The position numbers and the translations under genes are program-made. 64,000 nt of DNA from the human T2T-CHM13v2.0 reference genome, Homo sapiens. The DNA lies in NCBI RefSeq assembly GCF_009914755.1, contig NC_060926.1. One strand, 5' to 3'. This document shows, one piece after another, positions 8,354 to 25,472 of this stretch. Within the stretch, counting starts at the first letter, position 1. The number at the start of each line of letters is the position of its first letter. The notes under the pieces are model-generated. The model saw nothing but the letters and a program-made list of their open reading frames with translations, did not search any database and had not been told where the DNA came from.

Positions 8354-10331
8354 GTATTATTGTCTTCCCCGCTGGATATTAACAACACCACAAGGGGCGT
8401 CAAACCATCTGTTAAATTTGAGGGAATGTTATCCTCTCCCCCTGTCCCCCGGCCCCGGATATTAGAGACAATAACACAGGGGTAATGTATACCCACTGTT
8501 TTGTTGGGAGTAACATCATCCTCTCCTTTCTTGGATGTTAGGAACAATATCACACTGTGCATGTACGCCTGTCATGAAATTCAATGGAATGTCATCCTGT
8601 GCCTCCCTGGATATGATGAACAATATCACGGGGGAAGTACAACTTCTGAGATATTGGGAGTGATCTCATCCTCTCCCCTCCGGGAGTTAGGGACAATATC
8701 ACAGGGGTAGTGCACACCCTCTGGGATGTTGGGACTAATATCAACCTCCCGCCCCCTGGATATTAAAAACCGTATCACAAGGGGTGTGTACACACACTTC
8801 GATATTGGTATTAATACCATCTTCTCCCTCTTTGGATATTCGGTGCCATATTTCAGGTGGGGTATACACCACCTGCAATATTGGAAGTAATATGATTTTC
8901 TCCACCCCTTGATATCAGAAACAATATCACAGGGGGTGTGAACAACCCCTGCAATATTTGGAGTAATATCATCGTCTCCCCTCGTGAATAGTAACAATAT
9001 CACAGGTGGGTGGTATACACCCCCTTTGATATTTGATATCATCCTCTTCCCCCTTGGATATTAAGAACAATATCAGGGGATGTACAGACCCTGCGACATT
9101 TGCTGTCATATAATTGTCTCTCCCTTAGATATTAGGAAAAAATGTCACTGGGGATGTGAACATCCCTGCGATATTGGGAGTAGTATCATCCTCTCCCCCC
9201 TTGCATATTAGAAACAATATCACAGGTGAGGTGTACTGCCTCTGTGATATTGGGATTACAATTATCCTCTCTTCCCCTGGATATTAGGAAGCGTATCAGA
9301 GGGGGAGGGTGTACATTCCCTGCGATATTCAATGTCACCTTATCCTCTCCCTCCCAGGGTGTTCAGAACAATAGGACAGGAGGGGTGTACACACCCTGCG
9401 AAATTGAGAGTCATATCATCCTCTTTCGCTCTGGATATTAGGAACAATGTCACAGGGTTGTGTACACCCCCTGCGATATTAGGAGTAATATCATCCTCTC
9501 TCCCTGTGGATATTAGGAAGAGTATCACAGGGCTGTGTAAACCCCCTGTGGTACTGGGAGTAATATCATCCTCTCTCCCTCTGGGTATTAGGAAGATTTT
9601 AACAGGGTGTGTACACCCCCTGCGATATTGGGAGTAATATCATCCTCTCCACCCAGGAAATGACTAACAAGGTCACGGGGGAGTGTACTCCCCCTGCGAT
9701 ATTGGGAGTAATGTCATCCTCCCCAAACCTGGATGTTAGCAACAAGATCACAGAGGGGGTGTACACACCCTGCGACATTGGAAGTAATATGATCCTCTCC
9801 CCACCTGGATATGGGGAAAAATATCACAGTGCGGGTATACATTTCTTATGCTGTTGGGAGTAATATTCTTTTCCTTTCTGGATATTAGGAAGAACATCAC
9901 AGGGTTGCTGTACAATTACTTCGATATTAGGAGTAATATCATCCTCTCCCCATTGGAACATTAGGAACAATATCCCGGGGGGTGTCCACCCTCTGTGATA
10001 TTGGGGGTAATATCATCTTCTATTTCCCTGGATATTGGGCACAATATCACAAAAGGTGTACAACCCCTGCGATATTGGGAGTAATATCATACTCTCCTTC
10101 CCTGGATATTAGAAAACAGTATCGTCAGGGCTGAATCCCCCCTGCGATAATGGGAGTAATATTTTCTCTTTCACAGGCCATTAGGAACAATATCACAGCG
10201 GGTGTTTACACACTCTGCGATATTGGAGGTAACATCGTCCTCTGACAAACAGAATATTACCAACAATATCAAACAGGGGTGGTGTACACCCCCTGTGATA
10301 TTGGGAGTAATATCATTCTCTCCACCTCCGG
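8354..10331 (+). repeat. SATR-type satellite, forward, right of provirus
   Basis: Same 75-bp monomer; ends abruptly after ...ATCATTCTCTCCACCTCCGG. Confidence 0.9.
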
Positions 10332-10394
10332 AGAGGTTTAAAAAGATAACCTCAGGCTAAAACAACTGACTGATTCAAATGTTGATGTGCCCAT

Positions 10395-10555
10395 CCCTGA
10401 GCTGGGTGCAAATTATTTAACTTCCTTTGGCCTTTTGTTATCTGTAAAAAGGGAAGATTAATATCCAACTTTTAATTTTATGTGAGATTAAATGAAATAA
10501 TGCTGGTAAAGCACTTAATGTTTTAAGTGGCTGGTACTCAAAACAATGTTAGTTC
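10395..10555 (+). mobile_element. MIR fragment
   Basis: Core TTATTTAACTTC...ATCTGTAAAA...GTGAGATTAAATGAAATAATGC..GTAAAGCACTTA. Confidence 0.7.
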
Positions 10556-10578
10556 TTTCAACAAAAAACACCATGAAG

Positions 10579-12410
<1,832 letters not shown>

Positions 12411-13149
12411 CATTGCTGTAAAATAACTTATGTTACTTATTATCTTATCATGATTACAACAAATCATCAGCAAAGCCATAGGCCTCATGGAGAATGGGAA
12501 CAGGACCTGCAGCTGTTCAGGATACATCAGTAGCTCTCTGACTCCAATATTTTGTGGTCCCATCAGAACTGAGCATCTGCCGTTCCCTCATCTAGTGACT
12601 CTGTTCTCATGACTCAGATTCTCTCTCGACTCTCCAATTATTTCTCCTGCTGCCTCTCTCATTACTTCTCTTGGTTCCCATTGTAATTTTTCCTATGCTT
12701 CTCTCTCACCCCCAGAGAGAATAAGATTTGGTGAGTTAATTAGCATTCCCTGACTATTGGTCTGATGTCTCATATCCTGCCATCTCAAAAGCCTCCACTG
12801 TCCTCGCTTATAACATCTAGAGGTGCCTTTGTTAGAACTCCATTTCTGGTCCAGTCTGTATGGCCAGGGTGGCAGGGTCTCATGACACACTTCATGGCAA
12901 TTTGGGTGGAAGGCAGGAACTCCAGGGGCTGTGAGGGTGGTTGAGCCCTTGAAGGTTCCTGAGTCATTGTGATGACCATGTTCAGTCATGGGGAAACAGT
13001 GCCCCTCAGCTCCCCAGTGTCTGAGTCTCCTGCCCTGGTTTTGGGGCACACATCGCTGTAGCAGGAAGGATCCAAACGTGTGTGTTTTACACCCATAATA
13101 CTGCTTTAATATCTTGCCCTGATAAGGTCGCGATGTTACCAGGGCTGTC

Positions 13150-13560
13150 TTGTCAAATACATGCTTAACGTCAACTCTTAACTCGTCAAAGAAACCCAGA
13201 AAAACCTGTTGATCAAACAAAGCTAAGGGAGAACATCACCTTGACAAAGTCTTCATAATGTCTCATCACGGGAAAGTACAGAGAGATGTTTTCGGGTTTT
13301 TAGGACCAGCGTTGAGGATTTTCAGGCAGGTCTTGCAAGGTGGGGAACTGGTCAGAATGAGGTAGAGTTTATGACATAATAGCTTTGCGTGGTGGCTCCA
13401 TGAGACGAGGGTCCTGAGGGATCTGTCGATGGGCAAGCTGCTGGTTGGTTCATACTCCTGTCTTCCGGGGCTATTAGTTTCCTGGAGCAAGCAACTCACA
13501 TATTTTTGCCTGTTCCCAGCACTGGTTAATACAGGGAGAGGCAACTGTGTTTTTAGCTTT
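13150..13560. mobile_element. Probable ancient LTR-class fragment, family uncertain
   Basis: AAGGGAGAACATCACCTTGACAAAGTCTT and flanks resemble old mammalian LTR repeats as I remember them. Confidence 0.35.
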
Positions 13561-14337
13561 TATTGATTTGGTTGTAAAATGTTAAAGCTATTTCTCACAT
13601 ATTCTACTTGAATCTCCCACCTTCAAATCCATCAGTTACAAACAAGGTTTTGGTGTGCGTTGCAGTCATGGGAGACCTTGGGTAGAGAGCAGGTTGTGAC
13701 AGGGTGGCTATGGTTTTTAAATTCCTACGAGACAGTAGGGGGCTTATGTTTTACCCATTGTTTTTCTTCAATTACTTTATGATCCGGAGCACTCTTCAAT
13801 TTTCCTCATCTGTAAAATAAGGAAAATTAATGTATCTACTTCATGGAATTGTGGTGAGGATTAAATGACTTACCTAAGTGTGGAGAACCTGGAAAGTATT
13901 ACTATTATTATTATTTCCCAATTTCTCCACCCTGGACACTGCAGCAGTCTGTCTGCCATGAAGCTGTCTTGGTAAGTCCTGCTGTGGCACTTGCCTAGGT
14001 CTTTTCCTGCCCCCTCATCTTTTGCCCTCAGTAACCACATGCACCAGTATGGCCATAGTGGTTATTTAAAATATTGAGAAACTTCTCTTTAGGTGTGCAA
14101 GCCCCTCAAGTGTCCTCTACCACTGTCACCACCACTGCTCCCTGGAACATTCCATTTTCTCTGTCAGGCAACTAAAGGTTAAACATCTCTTCTGCATTTA
14201 CACAAGGGGCCTCCAAGCCCCTGCTCAGCACCATTCTCTCTCTGCTCCCTGCCTCTGTTCATGGTTCCTGCCCCCCCCACATGCTTTTTGCGCCTCCTTC
14301 TCTCAATATTCACCTGTCCAGATAATAGCGTGCAGAT

Positions 14338-14645
14338 TTGTTGTTGTTGTTGTTGTTGTTGTTGAGACAGAGTCTCGCTCTGTCACCCAGGCTGCAGTGC
14401 AGTGGCACCATCACAGCTCACTGCAGCCTCGACTTCCTGGGCTCAAGTGACCCTCCCACCTCAGCCTTCTGAGTAGCTGGGACTACAGGCACACACTACC
14501 ATGCTTGGCTAATTTTTGTATTTTTTGTAGAGATGGGGTTTCACCATGTTGCCCAGGCTGGTCTCCAACTCCTAGGCTTAAGCAATCCACCCACCTCAGG
14601 CTCCCAAAGTGCTGGGATCACAGGCTTGAGCCACTGTGTGTGGCC
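14338..14645 (-). mobile_element. AluJ with (TTG)n tail
   Basis: Antisense Alu with J-type ACTGCAGCCTCGACTTCCTGGGCTCAAG. Confidence 0.9.
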
Positions 14646-15759
14646 AATGTGCAGCTTTTAAAAAACATGTTGCTACAAGCCATGGGGCTATATACAGGTG
14701 TGTACAGTTACAAGTGAAGACTCTCAGTAGGTTCCTCACTTGAGTTTGATTCCATTTAGGAATCATTTACTGAACCCGGCATTGTGCTGAGCTGGGGGCT
14801 ACCAAACAAGGAACTCTCCTCAAACCCTCAGCTAGAAAATGTCCTCAGCTGGTTCAGACTAAGGCTACATTAGCCCAAAGGCTGAGGGTCCAATATGTCA
14901 GCTCAGCCTCTGGAGTTGAGCCGACTACCTGGCCACAAACCCTCTGCCTGTTCCTACAGAAGTTGGTGACAACCTTAGGCTTGCTCTAATGTAGTTCTCC
15001 TGGTACCAGCCACTACCAGACTAAAGCCCTTTTCTCTCCCACTAGCAGTCTTCTCTGCTTTACACCCAGATGCTCAGTTTCTCCTGCTATGCTCAGTATC
15101 AGAGGCAGTTCGTTTCCATTGGAAGGAATAAAGTGACATTCCTGGTTCACCTCCTGACTGCTAGAGGTAGGTGCCACACGTGTAACCACATACATCATAT
15201 CCCACATTCAGACCAAGCAAGCCCAAGGAGGGATGGGGTGGGGGGCATTCGCCACAGGCCTCCCTCTTTCAACTCCCCCACTGTTTCAAATGTCAGTGGC
15301 AGAAGTTCTGCCGGCTCAGGAGTGGGAGGAGGCACAGTGTGCGTGTGGAGGAACAGATGGCTGCAGGGGGTTGGGGCTGAGCCATTCTCCACCCCGCTGC
15401 CCGGCTTGTCCTGGCAAGTTCGTTCACTGATGGAGCACAGCCTGAGTGTTCACAGCCCCTGCCCCGTCTCCCCAACTCTGCTCTCTCTCACTGCTGTTCA
15501 TCCTCCTTGGAAGCCAGAGTCCTTCTCTCCTTCCACAAGGAATCCTGTCACACTCTGCTTCACAGCCTTTGTTGACTTGCTTGGCTACAGGATAAAATGC
15601 CAACTCGGTACCTTGGCCCAGGTCAACTCCCATGTGCTACTAAAACACAGGGTGCTCCTGCCATTCCTAAAGGGATCACACTCTCTAGACCCTACCCCAG
15701 GGCACAGGCTATTATTTCCACCCGGAATTCTTAGAACCTTCCCTCACACCCTTCCCACC

Positions 15760-16025
15760 TGCTAAACTCCTATTCACCCTTCAAAACCCACTCCAATATT
15801 GCTTCCTCTGGAAAGCTTTCCCCAAGGCCTCTGTGGAAAAAGAGTTGTTCCCACCTCAGGGTCCCCTCAGCACTAGGTTCATACACCTAAATCAGCATAT
15901 TACAGGTCTTACTATAATTTATCTGTTTACATGTCTCTCTCCCCAACTAGTTCACAAGACCCTCAAGTACATAATGCTTGTCTTAAGTTGATGCTCAATG
16001 TATTTAGTGAATAAATGAATGAAAA
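15760..16025 (+). mobile_element. L2 3' fragment
   Basis: TTCCTCTGGAAAGCTTTCCC...GCTCAATGTATTTAGTGAATAAATGAATGAA L2 tail. Confidence 0.65.
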
Positions 16026-17044
16026 GTCAAATACACACTACTTATAGATTCTTCTTAAGCTTTAGTATGCTTCTCAGGGTTATCAATGTTATCGAGCCTC
16101 TGCCTTTCCCTCCCCATTCACCCCTCCTATGGCTTAGGGATTATGGGAAAAGGGAAATTATAATGACTGTGAAGTGGAGCACCCCTGTCTCTAGAACCAC
16201 GTCCCTGCCCATTTTGATATTCTCTCCTCTCTTGGAGGACCCTCTTCCCTGCCAGATTCTCAGGTAGAGAGCAAAGCAAAATACCAACTAGTGTGTGCCT
16301 GTGGCTGAGTCATTTAACATTTCTAGACTGCAGTGTCTCATCTGAGAAATTGGAGATTAGAACCAGGTGACGTCAAAGGCTCTTTGTAGTTCTGACAAGC
16401 TATAAGTCATGAAGAAAGTCGTTGGAATTTTAGGCATCCCCAAAACTAGAGAATAGAAATGTGCACAGGGCCTCTTCAGTGTTCGCATAATATAAATCTG
16501 TTTATCCATGAATAAGGCCGACCCTGGCAGTGGCTTCTTTCTTTCCTGACACATCATTCCCACCACTTCTTGTTCAAAGCCACCTCCTGAATTGTCAGCT
16601 GGGCACCTTGGGAGACTTTGTTTTTGGCTTATTAATGTTGATGGAACAGCATTTTCAACAGCTACAACCAGTATAATCCAAACTTTCCATATTAAAAAAA
16701 AATTTATTTTTTATTTTTTATATTTTTATATTTTTATTTTTTCATATTTTATATTTATTTTTTTCCCACCACCAGTCACCCCAGACTATTTGCAGAGATA
16801 GAGAGGCCTGGGCACTTGTGTTTTGTTGGGGACTCTTTGAACAACCTGTGCAGGTAGTATACTGCACAACTCTAGGGGGCTCCCTTCATACTGAAGTCAT
16901 TGTAGATTTGCACGTGCATTAGGATACGTTTTTTTGCAGATGGCAGCAAAGTATCTGAGGAAAAGTTGCTTTTTCTCACCTGCACAAAGGTACTTAGGAG
17001 GTTAGCTCCAGTGCTAACTTTTTTTCAAAAGGAAACTATGCCAG

Positions 17045-18555
<1,511 letters not shown>

Positions 18556-18807
18556 ACATTTTTAACACATCAAAAATATTTCATGATGAATATTTGGCCC
18601 TTTCAGAGTATCCCTGGGATGGCTCCTATAACTTTATTTTCTTTTGAGGGTATGAGGCCAGGGCCACGTGGGCCTGCTGCTCCCAGCCCAGACTGCCATA
18701 GGCTCTTTTTATATGATTCTTCTAGCTGGCCTTCCTAGCATAATTGGCAATCAGATAGATTTTAAGAGCCCTCCTCTGTACAACAAAATTATTTTTAGAA
18801 ATAATCA

Positions 18808-19118
<311 letters not shown>

Positions 19119-19349
19119 AATCATGAAATGAAGTGAATAATAATGATAGTCTAAAAAGAAATGCAGACAGTGATCATTTTCTTTTATTGAACTTTGTCTA
19201 TATTGAGAACTAAAACTGTCTACAGTCATACAGCTTACTGTCTGCATTAACATCACTACTCATCCAGAATATTCTTGATCAAGAAGATAAATTGAATTTC
19301 CTGAAATAGCAGTTTCTCTAAATAGGCTATCAATTTGCTCTCCGCGGGA

Positions 19350-20632
<1,283 letters not shown>

Positions 20633-21018
20633 CAGGTAAATAGCATCTTCTCAAAGCAATAGCAAGCTCAACTGAAATTATCAAATGATTGTTTACTGTT
20701 TGAAGACTCATTTCAAAAGCCTATCCTCTCTGTATTCACCAATACTAAACTATTATGAACTTTGTCCCATCTCAGTCAAGCCTGACATTGAAAGACCCAC
20801 CTTAAACATAGACCCCAGAAACCTCATAAATATCCCCACCTCTGGCTTCCCTGCTATTAAGATTTCATCAAGATCGTAACCTCCACAGCAGCCAACAATA
20901 TAATCGAGTCAATTTTTAAATTTTTTAATAAAAAAGTATACAGGACAAAAAGGGAAACATGTAATGGATTGATACCTTTAAAACACAATCATGTAAAAAA
21001 AAAAAAAAAAAAAAAGGC

Positions 21019-21315
21019 AAGCCAGGCATTGTGGCTCACAGAGGTAATCCCATCACTTTAGGAGGTCGAGATGGAAGAATCACTTGAGCCCAGGAGTTGG
21101 AGAACAACCTGGGCAACATAGTGAGACCCCATCTCTAAAAAAAAAAAAAAATAGCTGGGTGTGGTGGTATGCCTCTGTAGTCCCAGCTACTCAGGAGGCT
21201 GAGGTGAAAGGATCACTTGAGCCCAGGAGGTCAAGGCTTCAGTGAGCAGTGATTACACCACTGCCTCCAGCCTGGGCAACAAAGCAAGACTCTGTCTCAA
21301 AAATAAAAAAAAAGA
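21019..21315 (+). mobile_element. AluJ
   Basis: GATCACTTGAGCCCAGGAG J-type motifs. Confidence 0.9.
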
Positions 21316-21329
21316 AGGCAAACACATAC

Positions 21330-22480
21330 GTACATTTGGTCTGTTGCACTAATGAATAGGATTATGGTTTCTATTTTCAAGCCTTCTACAAATTTGTCAA
21401 GAACTGTGAAAATCAAACTTCTTCATTCATATTAAACAAATAATATTTTAATTACTTTAATTTTGAAAAGCACAAATAGTTAAGAAAAACACAAATAGTT
21501 AAGAAACACAAATAGTTAAGAAAAAACTTAAGCATCAAGGTGAGATTGATTCATAAAAATTCCATGTCAAAGTCAATCTGAGATTGTAATACAGTCCATG
21601 TAATTTCTTGAGGATGAATTATAGCAGTTTTCAAACATCTCTGCAGTGAAAAAAAAATTCCCTCAAGTATCCTCACCAGGAAATTCATGATAAATTTCTT
21701 CTGCATTTAGTTAAAACTTCTCAAGTTATTCTTTTGCAAAAATCAGAGAAAGTGGCTGAGTGATAGTAAATGTTCATCGTATTTGATCCTTTATTTTAGA
21801 ATGAATGTCCAGTTCTTGCTGAAAATAACTCAGGCATTCAAAATTGTCTTTTTGATTTCTTCTGGCCATGTAAGGCCTGCATCTTTTGTTGTTTCTCCTG
21901 ACATTTTTCTTTGAAATGTCCATTTCCTTATATTTTGTTTTTGCAGAGTTAATGGTCTTCTTGAAGTCTATGTACCCATCTGCAGTAAACAATTTCACTG
22001 TACACTGTTCTAGGTTGATTCTGGCTGTTTGTTAATATGTTTGTGAAGTCACGTAGAATGACAGAATTAAAGTTACCCAAGCTCTGTTTCTTTGTCTTTA
22101 CTATCACTGTATTATCACTGATCATTTCAAATGTACACTTTAGACTCAGAAATACATGGTAGAACTGTGCCCAATCTGAGGTCTGATAGTTACAATTTAT
22201 CATGAACTTACTCCTGAAACAAATGCTTGTAGCTGCATATGTCATAGGCCAACTGCGTAACTGGAAATTCTCCAAATTGACTTCCATGACGTAGAACAGA
22301 ATGTTTGTGAAAGGATATATAATGAAAACGTGCTAATTGGAAGCATACATAGTTAAAAATGGAAAGAAAGCAAAGTCCTTGTTTAGAACTTAAATGAAAA
22401 ATGTTCAGGGAGAATTAGTTTATCATTGCTGTTTAGAATCACTGTTTGATGGTGATAATAAAGCACAGGCCACCTTTTAG
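21330..22480 (-). mobile_element. Fossil hAT (Tip100/Zaphod-like) transposase fragment
   Basis: Minus strand gives decayed hATC-like peptides (WTVLQ, FLTICV, FSKLK*LK) resembling FLTIxVSVASxERSFSKLKLIK. Confidence 0.6.
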
Positions 22481-22660
22481 TTAGTTTTACTATTGTTTTT
22501 CAGTTTCCTTCAGGTAATGCCCACCTTAGTGCCTGCACAGGGAGGATGCTCCCATGGGCCTGCCCCCAGTCCCCCACCTCCTGAGGTCGCCCAGGAGGGA
22601 GACTCGGGTAAGACTGCAGCCACCCCTGCAGCAGGACTTCTTCCTTGTCCAGACCATCCC

Positions 22661-22951
22661 GGCCGGGCACGGTGGCTCGTGCCTGTAATCCCAGCACTTT
22701 GGGAGGCCGAGGTGGGCAGATCACTTGAGGTCAGAAGTTTCAGACCAGCCTGGCCTGGCCAACATGGTGAAACTGAAATACAAAAATTAGCTGGGCGTGA
22801 TGGGGACAGCACCAGCCTGTAATCCCAGCTGCTCAGGAGGCTGAGGCACAAAGCTCGCTTGAACCCAGGAAGCAGAGGTTGCAGTGAGCCAAGATTGCGC
22901 CACTGCACTCCAGCCTGGGTGACACAGTGAGACTCTCTCAAAAAAAAAAAA
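22661..22951 (+). mobile_element. AluS
   Basis: Dimeric Alu with a small internal indel. Confidence 0.9.
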
Positions 22952-23182
22952 GACAATCCCAATTATCTTCACATCTCCACCTCTCAGGCCAGGGGACTAT
23001 GCCCAATTCAGGAGAATATACTAATTAATCTAAAATTTTGAGTTAATTTCTCCTTGCCTGTAATGGTTTAGGAGTGGGTATTTGTTGAAAATCTAGCCAA
23101 AGAAGTTTGAGGGAAGTCTAATTTGGGGGCTTCTAAATCCATCAATGCACTCCAGGCATTGTCTATAGCTAAACAAATAAGG

Positions 23183-23315
23183 TGTATGTTATATACATAC
23201 ATACATACATATATATGTATAAAACACATATATTGTATAACACATGTATATAGCACATATGTATATATACACACACAAAGATATATATCACCTTGTTTCT
23301 TATGTATGTGTATAC
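23183..23315. repeat. (TA)/(CA)/(TACA) low-complexity microsatellite
   Basis: ATATACATACATACATACATATATATGTAT...ATATATACACACACA. Confidence 0.85.
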
Positions 23316-23544
23316 TATTGAGATTAATAAAAATAAAAATACACGTTCACATAAATGAGGTACTAAATTCATAGAATCTTTTAGTCTTTATGTATTTTTC
23401 TCAATCAAAAGATACAAAAAGTACAAATACTATTACATGCAGGTTCATGTCTTACCCTTATGCTTAAAAGGAGTCCTCATTAGTGGACAGCATTCTATTT
23501 CTCTCTTTGTCATTAAATAGCCTATCATCGAATTTTTCTATCAA

Positions 23545-23601
23545 CCACTAGAGGGTAGTATAGACCAGAAAAAAAGCCCAAGCATCCAGTTGGCGGCAGC
23601 A
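23545..23601 (+). promoter_or_regulatory. Two tandem CTCF-like motifs
   Basis: CCACTAGAGGGTAGTA (23545-23560) and CCAGTTGGCGGCAGCA (23586-23601) versus core CCASYAGRKGGCRSYA; motif match only. Confidence 0.4.
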
Positions 23602-23715
23602 CATTCCTGAGACTAAGTGCTGCAGTGATAAACAGCCATTTGGTTAGAATGACCAGTGTAGGCAAAACAATTTAGGCCCCACTTTATAAAAACTCAAAAT
23701 AAAAATACCGTTACC

Positions 23716-24048
<333 letters not shown>

Positions 24049-24074
24049 TTAACTGGTTAGACAAATTTAGACAT

Positions 24075-24400
24075 GAAGTGCTCAGAGTGTAGGACTGGAG
24101 TGACTAGGTTTGAATGTTACCTCGACTCTTAACAGCCGTGTGACCATGGGAAAGTGTTTAACCTCTGTTTCAGCATCTGTAAAATAATGGTAATAACAGT
24201 ATCTATGATCATTCAATTAGAACAGTGACTGCATAGCACATAGTGAGCATGCTCCAAATTTGGGCAGATTTACTTTTCTTGGCCTCAGTTTTCTCATCTG
24301 TAAAGTGGAGCTAGCAATATTAGTCCCATGGTTGAAGAGTAAATGCACATAAGCAATTAGCACAATGCTTGACACTTGGTAAAATATATGCTTTTGTTAG
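24075..24400 (+). mobile_element. MIR fragments (two cores)
   Basis: GTGTGACCATGGG...ATCTGTAAAAT and CCTCAGTTTTCTCATCTGTAAAGTGG. Confidence 0.7.
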
Positions 24401-24518
24401 TACTATTTTAATATTCTTTTTATAATTACTAATGATATTATTGTTAGACTTGGAATAAAAACTTGGCACTGGTATTTTGTCATTGATTGTTTACCTTAAG
24501 GCACATTTGAGAAACAGC

Positions 24519-25472
<954 letters not shown>

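Noticed and set aside
1-10331. CRISPR-like array of palindromic repeats
   Set aside because: The intervening sequences are themselves repeated parts of a 75-bp monomer, not unique spacers; no cas genes; primate context.
12693-13220. 175-aa minus-strand ORF or processed pseudogene
   Set aside because: No recognisable protein family, non-ATG start, no poly(A)/TSD, and it overlaps a probable old repeat.
15070-15765. 231-aa plus-strand ORF
   Set aside because: Ser/Pro/His-rich with no domain or exon structure that I recognise; cannot be supported without conservation or expression data.
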